From contig MU053881.1 of assembly GCA_013239625.1 (NCBI GenBank), positions 7,711,957 through 7,775,956 on the forward strand: DNA of 64,000 nucleotides. Direction: 5' to 3'. The notes below the pieces were generated by a model. That model did not search any database, was not told the DNA's origin, and saw nothing but the letters and a program-made list of their open reading frames with translations. This document shows, in pieces, positions 38,641 to 51,514 of the stretch. How positions within the stretch are numbered: position 1 is the first letter of the stretch; each line of letters opens with the position of its first letter. The translations under genes and the position numbers were made by a program. This DNA comes from Lama guanicoe. Lineage: Eukaryota.

Positions 38641-39919
38641 ACTGACTCTGTGGCTGGGGCAACCCCACAGTCCCCACCCGACCCCCTGCCCCCAAGTCCA
38701 CAGCATTTCAGCAGCACACTTTGTGCCCCTTCGTAAAAAAAAATATTAATTGGAAATGTTGGTGCCACAGCCAGTAGCACAAGCTGCCGAGATACCACGC
38801 TGTGTCCTAGTAATTAAGCCCTTAGCTGCATCATCATATTCGCAGTTTTCAGGGCCCCCAAACATCCACCCCAATTGAGATGGAAGGTGAGAAGGAACTC
38901 GGGTGATTATGAGCACACAAAGAATCCTGTCTATGCACTGGTGTTCAATCCTTGCATGAACAAACTTTCTTTATTTCCCTATGTAGTTCTTGCTTTTCCT
39001 TTACCAGCACTCAGCATAATGTGAGAAGTCTAAACACTGCCCCTCTCCATCACAGGCTAGTTAAGAACCAACTCTGCTATTTTAGGTAGTGGAAAACTGG
39101 ATGGAGAAGGGAGGTGATTCCTTGGTGGGTTGGCTGAAGGACTCACTTGATGTTTATTTCAGTATGATTTTTGAAATCAGGAGAGTAATTCTTCTTTAAA
39201 CTTGATTTTCCTTATACAAAGTGCTAGAATCTGAACATTGTTTCCCTTTTCATTTTATGACAGTTGAAAACTCACAGGTCTTTCTGAGGCAGAACTATAG
39301 GATGGCAACTTCAGGACCTGACTAGGAGAACCAGAGAAACAGTCAACATATGGGTGGAGACCTATCATTGGGAAAATGGTCTCTTAGAACCTAAGTGTTC
39401 TGGAGGAAAGCAAAGCCAATTTACAGACACCTTGTTGAATCTTCAAGTTGAGCAAAAACCCTGAAAAGTTTCTCTTCAGGAAGACATGATAAGTAGAAAT
39501 TAATTGTTGGGCTGCCATTATTAAGAACTGTAACATACTATTCATTGTCTTTTTCTTTCTTTCTTTCTTTTTTGTATCCAGTCTTCTTAGATAATTTTAG
39601 TGAACACAATATGTATACAGTTGTTCACAGGCTCATTCTTGACTTTGGTGTTCTACCACCCAAGGTTCTCCCTGACACTGATACCACCATAATACTTTGA
39701 GTTTTTCCGTGGCAAATTCTTCTCTTTGGGGCCATCTTCAGGAGCTTCAGCCTACAAGTTGGGGCAGGAGTAATCCATGTAGCTGTCTTTACCTGTTGTA
39801 TAAGATTGCTCTGTGCCAGGCACATGTTCTCCTATGATGAGCTGTGTAGTTAAGTGAGATATGGTCTTTGTCTTCAGAGAGTTTGCAAACTAGAGCTGAA
39901 AAATAGACAAGTACCTCGG

Positions 39920-40405
39920 TGTCAAAGTCAGTCAAGATTCTTTCGGTTTCAGGGGATACAAATTTCAACTCAAACCGATTTAGGACAAAATATAAGGAAG
40001 ATGGGATTGATTGGCTTACATAATCTCAAAATACAGAGATACTGACTTCAGGAATGGGTGGATCCAGCTACTGTCTTCATCTCCTGGCTCTGGGAAATTC
40101 TCTCTTCATGGTAGCAAGATGGCTTCTGGCAACCCTGAACAGCTTAGCAACTCCAGTGGAGAGAAAGCTATTGGGAATTTGAGTCATGTTTGCATTCCTG
40201 AAACAATCACTGTGGTTCAAGGGAGTGAAAATGCTTATAATCCTGACTTGGATCAGGTGCCCATCCTTAGAGTTGGGGAGAGGGGTCAGCCCCAGTAGTA
40301 TAGTATAATCTGAGACTTGAGGGTGGGGAGCTTTCAAAGAGAAATTTGTCATCTGAAGAAGGGGCAACAGAAGCCAGGCAGCTAAATATACCAGGGCCCT
40401 ACTGT
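39920..40405 (-). mobile_element. MaLR solo LTR (MLT1J/K/L-like)
   Basis: tcagtcaagattctttcggttt..aactcaaacc..ttggcttacataa..gacttcaggaatgggtggatccag. Confidence 0.75.
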
Positions 40406-40592
40406 GGGCATAATGGCTAGCTTATTCCCTACAGTGTCCTTAAGGTTGGTTGGCAGCTCTAGAGGATATCATTAATCACTGAAATTGCTTTCTCCTTGTC
40501 AAGCAACGTCCCTCCCGTCCAAGTCAGTCTGGATTGAATAGACCATAAGTGTAACCTGCAAAAATCTGACCCAAATTTATTCTCCATTGCAG

Positions 40593-40664
40593 GGACCTGG
40601 ACAGAAATAATATCACCAGGATCACCAAGATGGACTTTGCTGGACTCAAGAACCTCCGAGTCTT
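40593..40664 (+). CDS. SLIT3: SLIT3 coding exon 2 (one LRR of the first LRR domain)
   Basis: Acceptor ttattctccattgcag and donor |gtaagt flank exactly 72 bp, phase 2-2. It translates (L)[23 protein letters not shown](L), matching the recalled SLIT3 N-terminal LRR. Confidence 0.97.
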
Positions 40665-41632
40665 GTAAGTAGCACGTGGCTCTCTGATGCATCTTCACTT
40701 TCAGCTCTTTAGCCCTGTGAAAATGTTCCACTGCCCTGACCTCACACCTCCAAGCACTGGGCACCAGGAATCCATCCTTCTGCAGCAGAAAGCCCTTCAT
40801 CGGTACATCCAGGTTTTCCCAGCTCTCTCATGCTGTGTCTCCATGCTGCTGGCTGGGCCAGACCGATGGGAGAAGTCAGTTCCGGTGACAGGGAGAACAG
40901 AAGGTTAGAAACAAATAAATCAACATGCCCGGCTTCTAGGATGACAGCAGAGTCAGGCTGACTCACCATGCTTCCCTTCCACAGAGATTATAATTTCTTC
41001 TCCAGCCTGTGCATTAAACGAGCAATCAGGACAAAAGTTATTTATCTTGTTGCTTAGTGGAAAGGAGGGGAGGAAGGAGGGAGAGAGTCAGACAGGGTCA
41101 GAGCCCTTGCTGAACGCCTGCAGCTGTGCGCAGACAGGTAGCACAGTTTGAGCTGGGCATCGATGCCACCGGGCAGCAAGATATATCAGGTTTCACTGCT
41201 GAATATGGAGCACTTTTACCCATCCCTAAGTCCCAGAGATAAGCTGCCCAAGTGCTTATCTACCGATGCATCTCAGACATTCAGAGGAACAAGAGAAGAG
41301 CAATTGGACCCTCTGTGCTTCTTCACTCAGAAGTTGATTTTGACCCATAAGTGTGGCTCCGTAAGTCTGGCCACTGCCTTGGTGTTTGTTGTGTCATGGA
41401 ATTTTGGCTGGCAAATTTTTACTAGAAGGTAGCAGCAGAAGTCTTGGTATCGAAAGCCACTTTCTTCTTTCTACTAATAGTCCTTTCTAATACAGTGAGT
41501 GTTGTTTTAGGGGCTGGAAATACTAGGTTCTGGTCCTGACTCGGAATTAACTGCCCATGTGACAGACCTTGGGCAAATCACTGTACCCCCTTGGGCCTCA
41601 GTTTTCTCATCTGTAAGACAGGGAATGAATAG

Positions 41633-42084
41633 TACCTTAGTTTCCTAGGGCTGCTGTACCCTGGTACCGCAGATAGGGTGGCTTAAAGAACAGAAGCTTA
41701 CTGTCCCACAGTTCTGGAGACCAGAAGCCCCAAATCAAGATGTCGGCAGGGTTGGTCCCTTCTGAGGGCTGTGAGGGAAGGGTCTGGCCCAGGCCTCTCT
41801 TCCAGCTTCCAGAGGCCTCAGGGATTCCTCGGGTTTTTGATGGTTGTCTTTTCCCTGGGTCGCTCGCTCCATGTTATCTTCCCTCTACACGTGTCTGTCT
41901 CTGTGTCTGAATTTTTCCTTTTTATAAGGACACCAGTCATACTGGGTAAGGGCGCATTCATTTTACCTTGATTACCTCAATTAAGACCCTGTCTCCAACT
42001 GAGGTTACATTCTGATACACTGGGAGTTAAGGTTTCAATACATGAATTTTGCAGGGAGAGGGGCTTGCCATTTGAGCCATAACA
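41633..42084 (-). mobile_element. MLT1C/D solo LTR with 5-bp TSD aatag, inserted in a MIR
   Basis: ttagtttcctagggctgctg ... gccataaca. aatag at 41628-41632 and 42085-42089. MIR core at 41556-41625. Confidence 0.9.
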
Positions 42085-44144
42085 AATAGAGGTCCTCATG
42101 CATATAATGCTGCGTGGTTTGGTCATTTTCATGAACAGCCTGTTTATTCTCACTGGAACCTGTGGAACATTACGTATATTGCCTTGTTTTCCTGATGGAG
42201 AAGTAGATGTGGTAATGATGATGATGAAAGCCGACATATGTACAGTACCTTTCACAGACCAAGCTCTGCTATGTCGTTATTAACTCCTCTCTGCCCGGAG
42301 GAAACAGAGGCACAGGTAGATTAAGTGGTCCCAACTCCACGTCACAGGGAGCTGAAGGAAGAGAAAGCAGAACCCAGAATGTGTGCTTTCTGACCTCCGT
42401 GCAGTACCTCTGTTGTCTGTTTTACAGAAAGGTTAGAAAACCAGGAAGGTGATGGTCTACCGTTTGCAGCGCTGCAGGGCAGGTGGCTTACCTGAGTTCC
42501 CCTGAGCACCGGCCTGTTGGGGATGCTGGGATGTGAACGCGGGGCTTCCAGCCCGCAGATAACTCTCCCCTCGATGTGTTTTCTGGTCTTTGGCCAGTAC
42601 ACCCTCCTCCCACCATCCCTAAAGGGAAGACCCTACCCTCTGCCAAGTCTTTCTTTTGCCCCAAGCTGTCATGTGTCTGTCAAATGACTGGCAGCTCTGA
42701 CAAGTGTGTGGGGGTCAGAATTGAGACTGGGAGAAAGGCGGGGGAGTTTCATGGCTCAGTTTTAGGGTGATTTTTATTTGAGAAATACAGGCAGTAAACT
42801 TCTGGTTCCAGGTCATTTACCAGCTTAAAGAGTAGACATTTAACTTCTCTGTTTTTTTCCCCATCTTTTCCCTCTGCATCAGTGAGAGATTTCCTTTCAT
42901 ACAAGTCAGAATTTTCACCTGATGCTTCATTTTTCTAACGCAGTCAAAAATAACCCTTTGATTTTTCTTACCGTGACATCAGAAAGACTAATAAAAATTC
43001 CAATTTCCATATCTGCTCTCTGCAAATAGAAAGTTTAAAACAATCACGAAAGATCATATTAATGTCCTCTGGATGGTCTACAACATTCCTTTGACTGCAG
43101 TTTATCTTTTCACTTAATTGGTACATTCTTCCTATTTTGATCAGCAGTGCCAAAGCCCTCTCCCTCCCCACACTTTGTAGACTCTGTTCATATACTGTGC
43201 CTCATTATCTGCCTTAGCAACTCAAAGGCAATCCCATTCAAGTGGCCCTTTATTATTGTGAAGGAGTCTGCTACGTGGGATAGCTGAAATGCTTCCTAAC
43301 CGACCCCAGCAAAATATCCGGACGTTTAAACCATTTTTTCCCTCAGTCTCTTCTTTTTAGCTGAGTAACCTAGACAACTATCTTTTTTGAAAAGCTTTCA
43401 TCACACCTTGGCGTTTCCCTGTATCTGTTTCTTATGTACAATTGATAGTGAAGCCAGAAAAGACTCAATAGTCTTGAGTAATTTGAGCTCGCCACCCATT
43501 TCCATGCAGAACTGTTAATACGGTGCAGGTGAATGGGCGAACGCAGATAAAATGAAGATCGGGGGACTTCGGCTTCATCCAAAGGCAATTTTCCCCAAAT
43601 AAAGTACATTCAAGGAGAAGATAAAAGAATTACTTCTAATAATTCTTTTCTTCCAGGGGCAGGAATAGGAAAAAGTCTCTGCTGGTGGTATCAATTATAT
43701 TCCCTTTCTTAGTAGTCTGTTGCAAGAACTCTGCTATGCCCACGATGTGGGGACCAGCTTTACCCCAAATGGGGTTAGTAAAAGGGTTAAACTCCACCCC
43801 AGCCATCATCACATAGGGGTGATTTCCGATTGTGATCTAGTGTGAAAACTAAAAAAAAATAACAATGCCAGAAGAACTGAAAATGAACACAGCCTGTGTC
43901 CCTGTAACTTAGAACAGATTCAAGCCTTACACAGCCCTTCTGGGGGTCCGGCCTTTCCTGGAGCCCCGGCATCTGGTCAGTGCAATGGGAGTGACAGCAC
44001 CTGCTTTAGCACAAGCTCCTGAATTGCATCACAGCCTAGAAGTCTGGGTGGGAGGTCCACCGCTCATTCACTCAGTGATGCGTTTATTCATCAAATGTTG
44101 ATTACTTACTGAGCTTCTAAAGACCAGGTACAGGCTGCACTCTG

Positions 44145-44545
44145 ATAGATCTAGGGAGTAGATCCCAGCAGGACAAACGAGGCGAGCTAAATACAGATTT
44201 ATTTGCAGAGGTGTGGGCGAGGCTAAGAGAAACCAGGAGGAGATGGTGCAGTTCCCTGGGGCTTGGAGCTTCAAGAGCAGTGGGAGGAAGTGGTTAACTG
44301 AGCCCAGCAAAGTCGCCTAACAGCACCTGTGGTCTTAGGTAGAAAAATGCAGTCAACCTGAAGTGACCTGGGAGGGAGGGAGCTGAGGATAAATCCCCCA
44401 CCTGACTCACTCTCCTCCCACCCTCTCCTCTCCTGCTGGTGACTCCCTTTGGCTGAACCCAGTAGGAAACCAGAGTCAGGGAAGCTTCTTGATGAAGTGG
44501 GGAAAAGTTAGCCTCCCAGGGCCTGAGCCAAGAGGAGGGGGGGCA
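44145..44545. mobile_element. ERVL LTR33-like element
   Basis: tttgcagaggtgtgggc..agagaaacc..gatggtgcagttccctggggct; ctcctgctggtgactccctttggctgaaccc. Confidence 0.6.
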
Positions 44546-44899
44546 GGTACCAAATACAGATGTGTTCCCGTCTCTTCTACTCCCCTTTCAGAAAGAGGCT
44601 CATAGTATTAGATTAGTGAGTAAGGAATGAAGATACTCATCGTGGGATTCGGGGTTAGACCCTTTCAGAAACCGTGAGAGACTGTGACTCTCAGCCACCC
44701 TAGGGTTGCTCCTTGTGACAATCGGAAAGTAATGACAAGTTCTGTGATGGACTGATTGATAGTAAAAACCCAGCTGAACAAACCCCTAGTCACGAATATT
44801 GCACTGGTTCCCTGTTTAGCAAGATGTGCTGGTATGAGTCTGTTAGCATCCCCAGGCCCTCCTTGCCATATGGCGGAATGGAAAAGGAAGAGAAGGGAG

Positions 44900-46000
44900 G
44901 AAAAAGAACATGTATTAAGCCTCTGACTGCACTCCAGATCCTGGGCTAGATCATTTATATACTTTATTCCATTTTTATGCTCACGAGGACTTGTGAGATG
45001 TTTTATTTTTTCTGCCTTACAAATGAGGAAACTGAGTCTCTGAGAGGTTGACTGGGTAGCCCCGTGTCACACCATCAGCTGGTAAGAAAGCAGGAAAGAG
45101 ATTCTCCACCAAAATTGACAAGCACACCAGACTGGGAGTTAGGGTTCCCCCTCGCTAGCTGTGTGACTTCATACAGATAATTTCCCCTTGAACAAGTCTC
45201 TTAACGTCTCTGCTCCTTGGTGCCCATATAATGCTAAGTGAGGAACGGATATGAGGCCAGCCTGCAGGGCCCAGAAGTAACAAACGTGTGAATCAGAGCG
45301 GGTGAGGACTCTGGCCAACTGCTGCTGCTTGGAAATATGAGAGCTGACTTCCCTGAAGGAGTTTCTTTCATCCTGTGTGTGTGTATGTGTGTATAATATC
45401 CTGGTTTCTAATTGTTTGCTACAAATTCACAAAAAAATGTGAAATATCATTGAGCCCAAACAATATACCCCCGTCGGTGTCATAGTCATGTGTCCGAAAC
45501 ATCATGTGTCTCAGACTAGCCTTTTCCTTGAGGACATAGAATCAGTATGTGCTGTGGCCCGAGGTCCTCTTTTGTTTTTTTGTTCATTCACTAAGTCTTT
45601 ATTCCGTGGCTGCAGTGCTGGGCACCTGTGTCAGGGCCGGGACTGTGATGGTGAGCAGAAGTCCTTCCCCTCTTGGTCCTTAAGCATCGTGAGGAAGATG
45701 GACTCGAAAATAAACAAAAGGGCCTGACTGTTAAGCAGGGGCTTGGGGAACGTCTCGGAGGTGGAGGGCTGGAGAGGAAGGAGTCGTTCTGAAGTGAAGG
45801 CCAGGCTTCCTCAAGGCTGCTCTTCCTTCTGCTTTTCCTTCGGGTGCCTCAGGGCACCTTCCCTCCTTCCTGATCCAGAGGAGCCCAGAGCCCTTCCTAA
45901 ACTCCACCTTCCAAAGAAGCATCCTTCAACCACAGCTGCATCCCGGCTAAGTCCCCTTCAGCCACTTGGGTCGGCCCTGGGTGGAAACTGTGTGCACTCG
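44900..46000. mobile_element. MIR and L2 fragments
   Basis: ttacaaatgaggaaactgag core at about 45017. L2-like ttcattcactaag at 45583. Confidence 0.6.
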
Positions 46001-46713
46001 CGTCTTTCCTTCCCTACAATGCAGCTAATCCAGTTTAAGCTGCCATTTTTTTTTAACTTAAGGAAACAAATGTTTCATTGTATACTGAATTCTTAGGATA
46101 TGCCACATGCATGAATCAAACTTTTAACCACCTGCCTGGCGGACTTTGGAGGTCAGCAGAGCCCGCCCGGGAGACCAAGCTTTTGTGACCATTACTTTCA
46201 TGTTGGGAGCAGCCGGGCCCTGGGCAAGTGGAGTTCCAGGCACAGGCAGTCACGCGACAATAGCTTCAGCCTTTCTACGAGGTGACCCAGAGACAGAGTG
46301 AGCGGAGAAGGCCCTTTTCAATGAAGTATTTTTGACTCCTTGGAGGAGGGAGCTCTGAGGGGAGAGATGCTGAATATATGTTTTTTTTTTAATAAGAAGC
46401 AGCTTTTCCCTCTTTTTCTGTGCAACATCCTGCAGAGCTTGAAGGGGGGGGCCTTTGCTGAGAACATTCTTAAAATAGAGGCATGGAAACCAATCTGTCA
46501 GGTAGAAGTGTGCAGGCGGCGAAACCCTGGTTACCGTGACACCAAGCTGGGATGTGCATTATCTTGTCCCAACAGACTGATCCTGGCGGGGGGTGGGGGT
46601 TTGCCCAGAGGGTCAAAGGAGGGGCCGAGTGACCATGCCTGCGTGGCCTGAAGCCTAGTACGAGAATCTTGAGCCCCGCATGCCCTTGACCATTGCTGCC
46701 TCTGTGGTTCCAG

Positions 46714-46785
46714 GCATCTGGAAGACAACCAGGTCAGCGTCATCGAGAGAGGCGCCTTCCAGGATCTGAAGCAGCTGGAGAGATT
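46714..46785 (+). CDS. SLIT3: SLIT3 coding exon 3 (next LRR)
   Basis: Acceptor tctgtggttccag and donor |gtaagt flank 72 bp, phase 2-2. It translates (L)[23 protein letters not shown](L) and joins in frame to the previous exon (TT|G = Leu). Confidence 0.97.
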
Positions 46786-48269
46786 GTAAGTATAGCACAG
46801 CCTCCTCTCTTAAAAAGTCTTATTTGTAAATTGGCAGCACTGTGACCTTGCTCCAAAAAGAAAAAAAAAAAAGCTCCAATGTTCAATAAAATGTTCTTAT
46901 ATTTAAAGCACCTTAGATGCCTGTTAAAGAGATACTGAGATCCACTTAAACTTTTTTCTTTAAAAGATGCTGGAATTGGCATCTGGGGCTTGTTTTTCTG
47001 CTTCCCAGCCTTGAGCTCTCTCTTGGTAGCTGTACGTGGAGCTTGTTCCTGCCCAAGGCTCAGCCTTCCCTTTTGTTGGGGAAGAAGGACCGTGGTTAGT
47101 TATCCCCATCATGGAAGCCAGCATCAGCTACTCCCTACTCCTCTGCACGGGCAGCGGGCTCCCTTCTCAGGCCCTCTCCTCCCTGAGCCCCCTCTGCCCC
47201 ATTCTCGTGGGAGAGGAATTCAGGTGAGTGGGCGAGGCCTTCGGTGTGCCTGTTTCTCCTCTGAGTGATCATCAGCCTATGCCAGGAAGCCCACATATTT
47301 CCACGAGAGAATGCATTGCCAGTGGTTTAAAAATAGGCCACTGTTCTGAGTCTGTCAGAGGGAGAGAGGAAGAGGGGTGGGGATGGGGGATGGATAAAGC
47401 CTCCATTTGTTTTATTGATTAATGCTTTTGCAGAAAACTCCTGGGTCACTTTGATGCAGGGGAGGGGAGCTGCTCAGATGGTTAAGTGGGCAGCTTCACC
47501 TTTCCTCGGTTAATCACATCTGGCAGCTCATAACATCTGGATATTTGCTTTCTGCCCTTTGAGTGGGGATTGTCCCCAAGAGCACTTAGTCATGCTGGTG
47601 GGCGGCTCTTTCCACGTTTCCCTCTGTATCCTGGTTGACCTGACATTTCAGCCTCCTTCTCCTGCAGTTCAGGGGACGGGGCTTCAGCAGCTCACTGCTC
47701 TCCCTCTTACCTGGAAGGATCCTTCCTTAGTTACCTGCCCTGTTGCCAACTCTCATCTACAGGGATGCGCTTGGGTAAGGTGGAGGGCCTGCCGCCCACT
47801 TGTTCGCTTTGTGATCCGCCATCTTTTCCCTTGGAGCCACTCCCTCAGGGGCGACGTGGGAAGGGGAAAGGGCCATTACCCAGCAAAATCCTTAACTCCC
47901 CACTCTGTGGTATGCACTGTCTCGTTTATTGCTCTCCTTCCAGGGCAGAGGTCAGCATGGCATGTCCCACTGTTGCTGGTTTTGAGAATATGACATTTTT
48001 TCCTTAATAGGGAAAATAGATATGCAAATAATGAATGTTGCTTCTGTTTATACTTTTAAGTTTCTTAAAATTTTAATTCTTCTCCTTATTTAGACCAAGG
48101 GGGGAAAAGTATGTGTTGAACCTGCTTCCTTTGTATGAAATACTCAAATTTACTGGGGCAGAATAAATACAAAACCCTTTGTGATAAAGCCACTTCTTGC
48201 TTAGTGTTCTGATTAGAAGTGTAAATAAATTCCCATTTCATTAATTTCGTGGTTGTTGGGAAGGAACTA

Positions 48270-48480
48270 ATTGAGTACCGTGGACATGCTGGGACCTCTG
48301 CCAGCGTGTTATATGCTGTCTGTTATTTTATCCCCACAAAATTCCTAGGAGGTGTTATTACCCTCATTCTGCAGATAAAGAAACAGAGACTTGGGGAGAC
48401 GAAGCCAAAGAATTGTTGGGGGGGAGGGGAGGAAGCCAAGATTCAAAGCCACATCTGTCTGACATCAAAGCCTGCGTTGC
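48270..48480 (-). mobile_element. MIR SINE
   Basis: attattaccctcattctgcagataaagaaacagag-like core. Confidence 0.7.
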
Positions 48481-48697
48481 TTCATACTTCCGTGCAGCAG
48501 GCATTAGATGAAGTGTGATCTTTAGCAATGGTCCTGCAAATAGCCTGTCATGCACCCATTTAACTCCAGGGACCATCCGTGGAATATTCTAGCAAAAGGT
48601 GCTTTTCTTTGGCTGAGCACGGCTGAAACACCGTGCATGTCTGGGGCACTGAGGGGAGTACAGCTGCAGGGTAAACCTGGCTGTTTCTCTACTTCGG

Positions 48698-49140
48698 TGT
48701 ATTAGGAGGGCAATGCTAGCTGCTGTACTAGATACACCCTCAAGTCTCATCATTTAAGACGGTGGCAGTTTACTTCTTATTCATATAAAACCCAACAAGG
48801 GCGCTCCTGGTCGCCGGGCCTCTCTCCTCCAAGGGGAGACTTCAGGACGTGGGCTCCTTCCACTCCCCGGCTCTACCGTCTTTAAATCTTGGCTTCCAGG
48901 TGACCAGTGTTTGTCTGCATCAAGCCAGCGGAAGGGAAGACAGCAGGAAGGACTGCACACGGGGGGTTTTCACGGGCAGGACCTGGAAAGAGGATGTGTT
49001 GCTTCTGCTCTTCCGAACCTCAGGCTAGAGCCCAGCCGCGCGGCCGCCGTAAACTGCAGGGGAGGCTGGGGAGGTCGTCCAGCTCTGTGCTCTGGAGTTA
49101 GAGGAAACGGCTTAGTGAGCAGCTAGCCAGTCTCTGACTT
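48698..49140 (-). mobile_element. MaLR solo LTR (MLT1K-like)
   Basis: tgtattagg..gctagctgctgta; gggctccttcc; aactgcaggggaggctggg; gtgagcagctagccagtctctg. Confidence 0.7.
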
Positions 49141-49829
49141 GTACTGCAAGTGAGCTGAAGGAGGACTTGGTCCGGAAGGAGAGCGGAAGCGTAGGCAGCT
49201 GGACCAGTGTGCACAGCGGGAGAGGCACCCTCGTTTAAGGCTCTTCCGCGTCGGAGTGTATGTGACGTTATCCTGTCCGCGGTTCATCTGGCTTTGGTTA
49301 CCAGTCTGTCCCCGGGACAGAGAACTACAGAATGGGAAAACACGGTGTGTGTGCTAGTAACAGCGGACGGAGTAGATGGCTGATTGTGCTGGCTTAGCTT
49401 ACCTGTGTCTCTGATTTGGTAGTGGGTTCATCCCTCTCGATCACCCTCTGAAAAAGAGGCTGGAAATTATATCATTTCTGTGATGTCTGTTTTCATCTGG
49501 AGCGGTCATCACTGGTGTGATCTCCTGAGACTTACGGGGGAGGCGGGAGAATTCTGGCCTTCGGGTCTCTATTCAGGAAATTCTCTGTTCCTCCGTGAGA
49601 GGACTCCTGCTCCAGACTCAGTTAGGTGCCCTTCTCCCATGACAACACATGATTGTCCATATCATAGCACGTATTCCCCGTTTGCCTGATTGTCTTTCCC
49701 CAAAACCACGAGTATTTTGAGGTGAAGAATTGTGTTCCATTTAGCTGCTAATCTTAACGCCTTCCACAAGGCATGGTAGGAAGTACCATTGTAGAATTTT
49801 TATCAAAAACTTGAGGTTTTGTTCTATAC

Positions 49830-50042
49830 CAGTGGTTCTGAACTGGCACCAATCCCCACCCCAACCCCTTGGCCCAGAGGACCATGTCTGGAGACGTTTT
49901 TGGTTGTCACAACTGCAGGATGCTAAGGCATGTAATGGGTAGAAGTCAGGAATGTTGCTCAACACTCGTACAACATACAGGGCAGCTCCCACAACAAAGA
50001 ATTACATCCCCAAATGTTAATAGGTCTCAGGTCAAGAAATAG
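49830..50042. mobile_element. MER20
   Basis: cagtggttctgaact..atgtctggagacgtttttggttgtcacaact..cccacaacaaagaatta. Confidence 0.85.
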
Positions 50043-50049
50043 CTCTTTG

Positions 50050-50140
50050 CTATTATGTGCTAGGTGCCATCTGAGTCACAACATATACCATCTCATTTAG
50101 TCCATATAACAATATTATGAGGTTAGAATTATCATGTTCC
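50050..50140 (-). mobile_element. MIR left half (resumes at 58726)
   Basis: catctcatttagtccatataacaatattatgaggttagaattatc. Confidence 0.65.
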
Positions 50141-50164
50141 TTATGTGATAAAATACAAAATTCA

Positions 50165-50402
50165 AAGCATTGCTCGTGAAGTATTATTGCTAAATATGCT
50201 TGCCCCTAAATCTAATTTAGTTAGAGTTCTCTTCTGGTTTCCAGGAAGTGAACAGGATAGAGGAGCAAGTTAAATAAAACCAGGAGGAGACAAACGAATC
50301 CTGGCGGTGGGACATTCTACAAGATAACTGCTCTGGTCTCTTCAAAAGTCATTGCAATGAAGGAGGTGGGACTTGACTCTTTTAGGTTAAAGGAAGCTTA
50401 GG
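50165..50402 (+). mobile_element. Old L1 (L1ME/L1MC4-type) 3' UTR, left piece
   Basis: gtgggacattctacaagataactg..tggtctcttcaaaagtca..ttaggttaaagga. Confidence 0.65.
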
Positions 50403-50443
50403 ATAGAAACAGTAGCATAAAAAATTGGGAAGGTTAATGGAGT

Positions 50444-50497
50444 TTAAATGAAATTAAAAGATTAAATGAAATTAAAAGATTAAATAAAATTAAAAAC
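50444..50497 (+). repeat. 18-bp tandem repeat x3 (ttaaatgaaattaaaaga)
   Basis: Two exact copies plus one with 3 differences. Confidence 0.9.
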
Positions 50498-50499
50498 TA

Positions 50500-50887
50500 A
50501 AACAAGGAGTAGAAAGTATGTATGTCCTATATCTATCAAGAAATTGAACCTTTGATTAAAATATTTCACTAAGAATAGTCTAGGCTCAGATGGCTTCACC
50601 AGTAAATTTGACCAAAGTTTTAAGAAATAAATAGTATTGATTTAGGATAAACTCGTTCTATAAAAAAGAAAAAAAGAGCTTTTGTCGTAGGGACATCACA
50701 ATCTTTGTAGCAAAACCCAGCAAAGGTATTTCAAGAGAAAGTATAAACCAACCTATTTCATGAATATTTATATGAATTTCCTAACAAAATATTAGCAAAA
50801 TGAATATGGAGATACTTGAAAAGGATGTATTGTGACCGAGTTTGATTTATTCAAGTAAGGCAAAGTTGGTTTAATATTTGAAAACTC
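50500..50887 (+). mobile_element. Decayed L1 (L1M/ME) ORF2, left piece
   Basis: ggctcagatggcttcaccagtaaattt (GPDGFT-like); aaaatattagcaaa; gcaaagttggtttaatatttgaaaa. Confidence 0.8.
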
Positions 50888-50889
50888 TC

Positions 50890-51483
50890 CCCTCAAATAA
50901 AAACATGCTGAATAGCTGGGATGGCAATACCAAAGACTCACAGACAAAATTTACAGTAAAAGTGGTTGAGAAAGGATCCCAGTAAGCACCTGCCTCCCCA
51001 GTACAAGCAGGTGGGGAAAAACAGCTGGTGGTTGTAAAACGGTTACGTCGTCTCATCTGTGTGGGAGAAAGCAGAGGGAAGGCCTTGAGAACGGGAGATT
51101 GCTTAAGTTCCGGATACATACTCACTGGAAAACACAGGGTTCAATCTGAGAAAAGCTGTCAAATCAGAAGGGAGTTTGAATAGATCCAATTCATGGTTAA
51201 GTACAAAGGACTCATAATGTGATACTGACTAATTAGTACTCGGAGTATTCTGGGTCCTGTAAATTCTTCAAACTAGCCAAAACAAGGCCCTTTTCCAAAA
51301 TGCTAGCATTGATAAGAAACTTTTGGGAGTAGTCAGTCAGAACAGGAACAATAGTAGAAAGGAAAAGAGAACTTCTTGATAAAGGTGTTAGAAATCACCA
51401 GAAGAGTCAGATGTTAGAAAATGCAAGGCCACGTTTTCCATTAGTTTGCCAAAGCAAAACCGAACACACGTGCACACACATGC

Positions 51484-51514
<31 letters not shown>

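Larger units (their letters stand above)
1..40592 (+). other. SLIT3: SLIT3 intron 1 (3' portion; exon 1 lies upstream of the window)
   Basis: No signal-peptide/LRRNT exon (CPTKCTCSAASVDC-like) was found upstream, and the region ends in the exon 2 acceptor AG. Confidence 0.88.
40665..46713 (+). other. SLIT3: SLIT3 intron 2 (6049 bp, GT-AG)
   Basis: Bounded by gtaagt and ttccag between two in-frame LRR exons. Confidence 0.95.

Noticed and set aside
40459..40800. 113-aa antisense ORF overlapping exon 2
   Set aside because: Shadow frame of the real + strand LRR exon.
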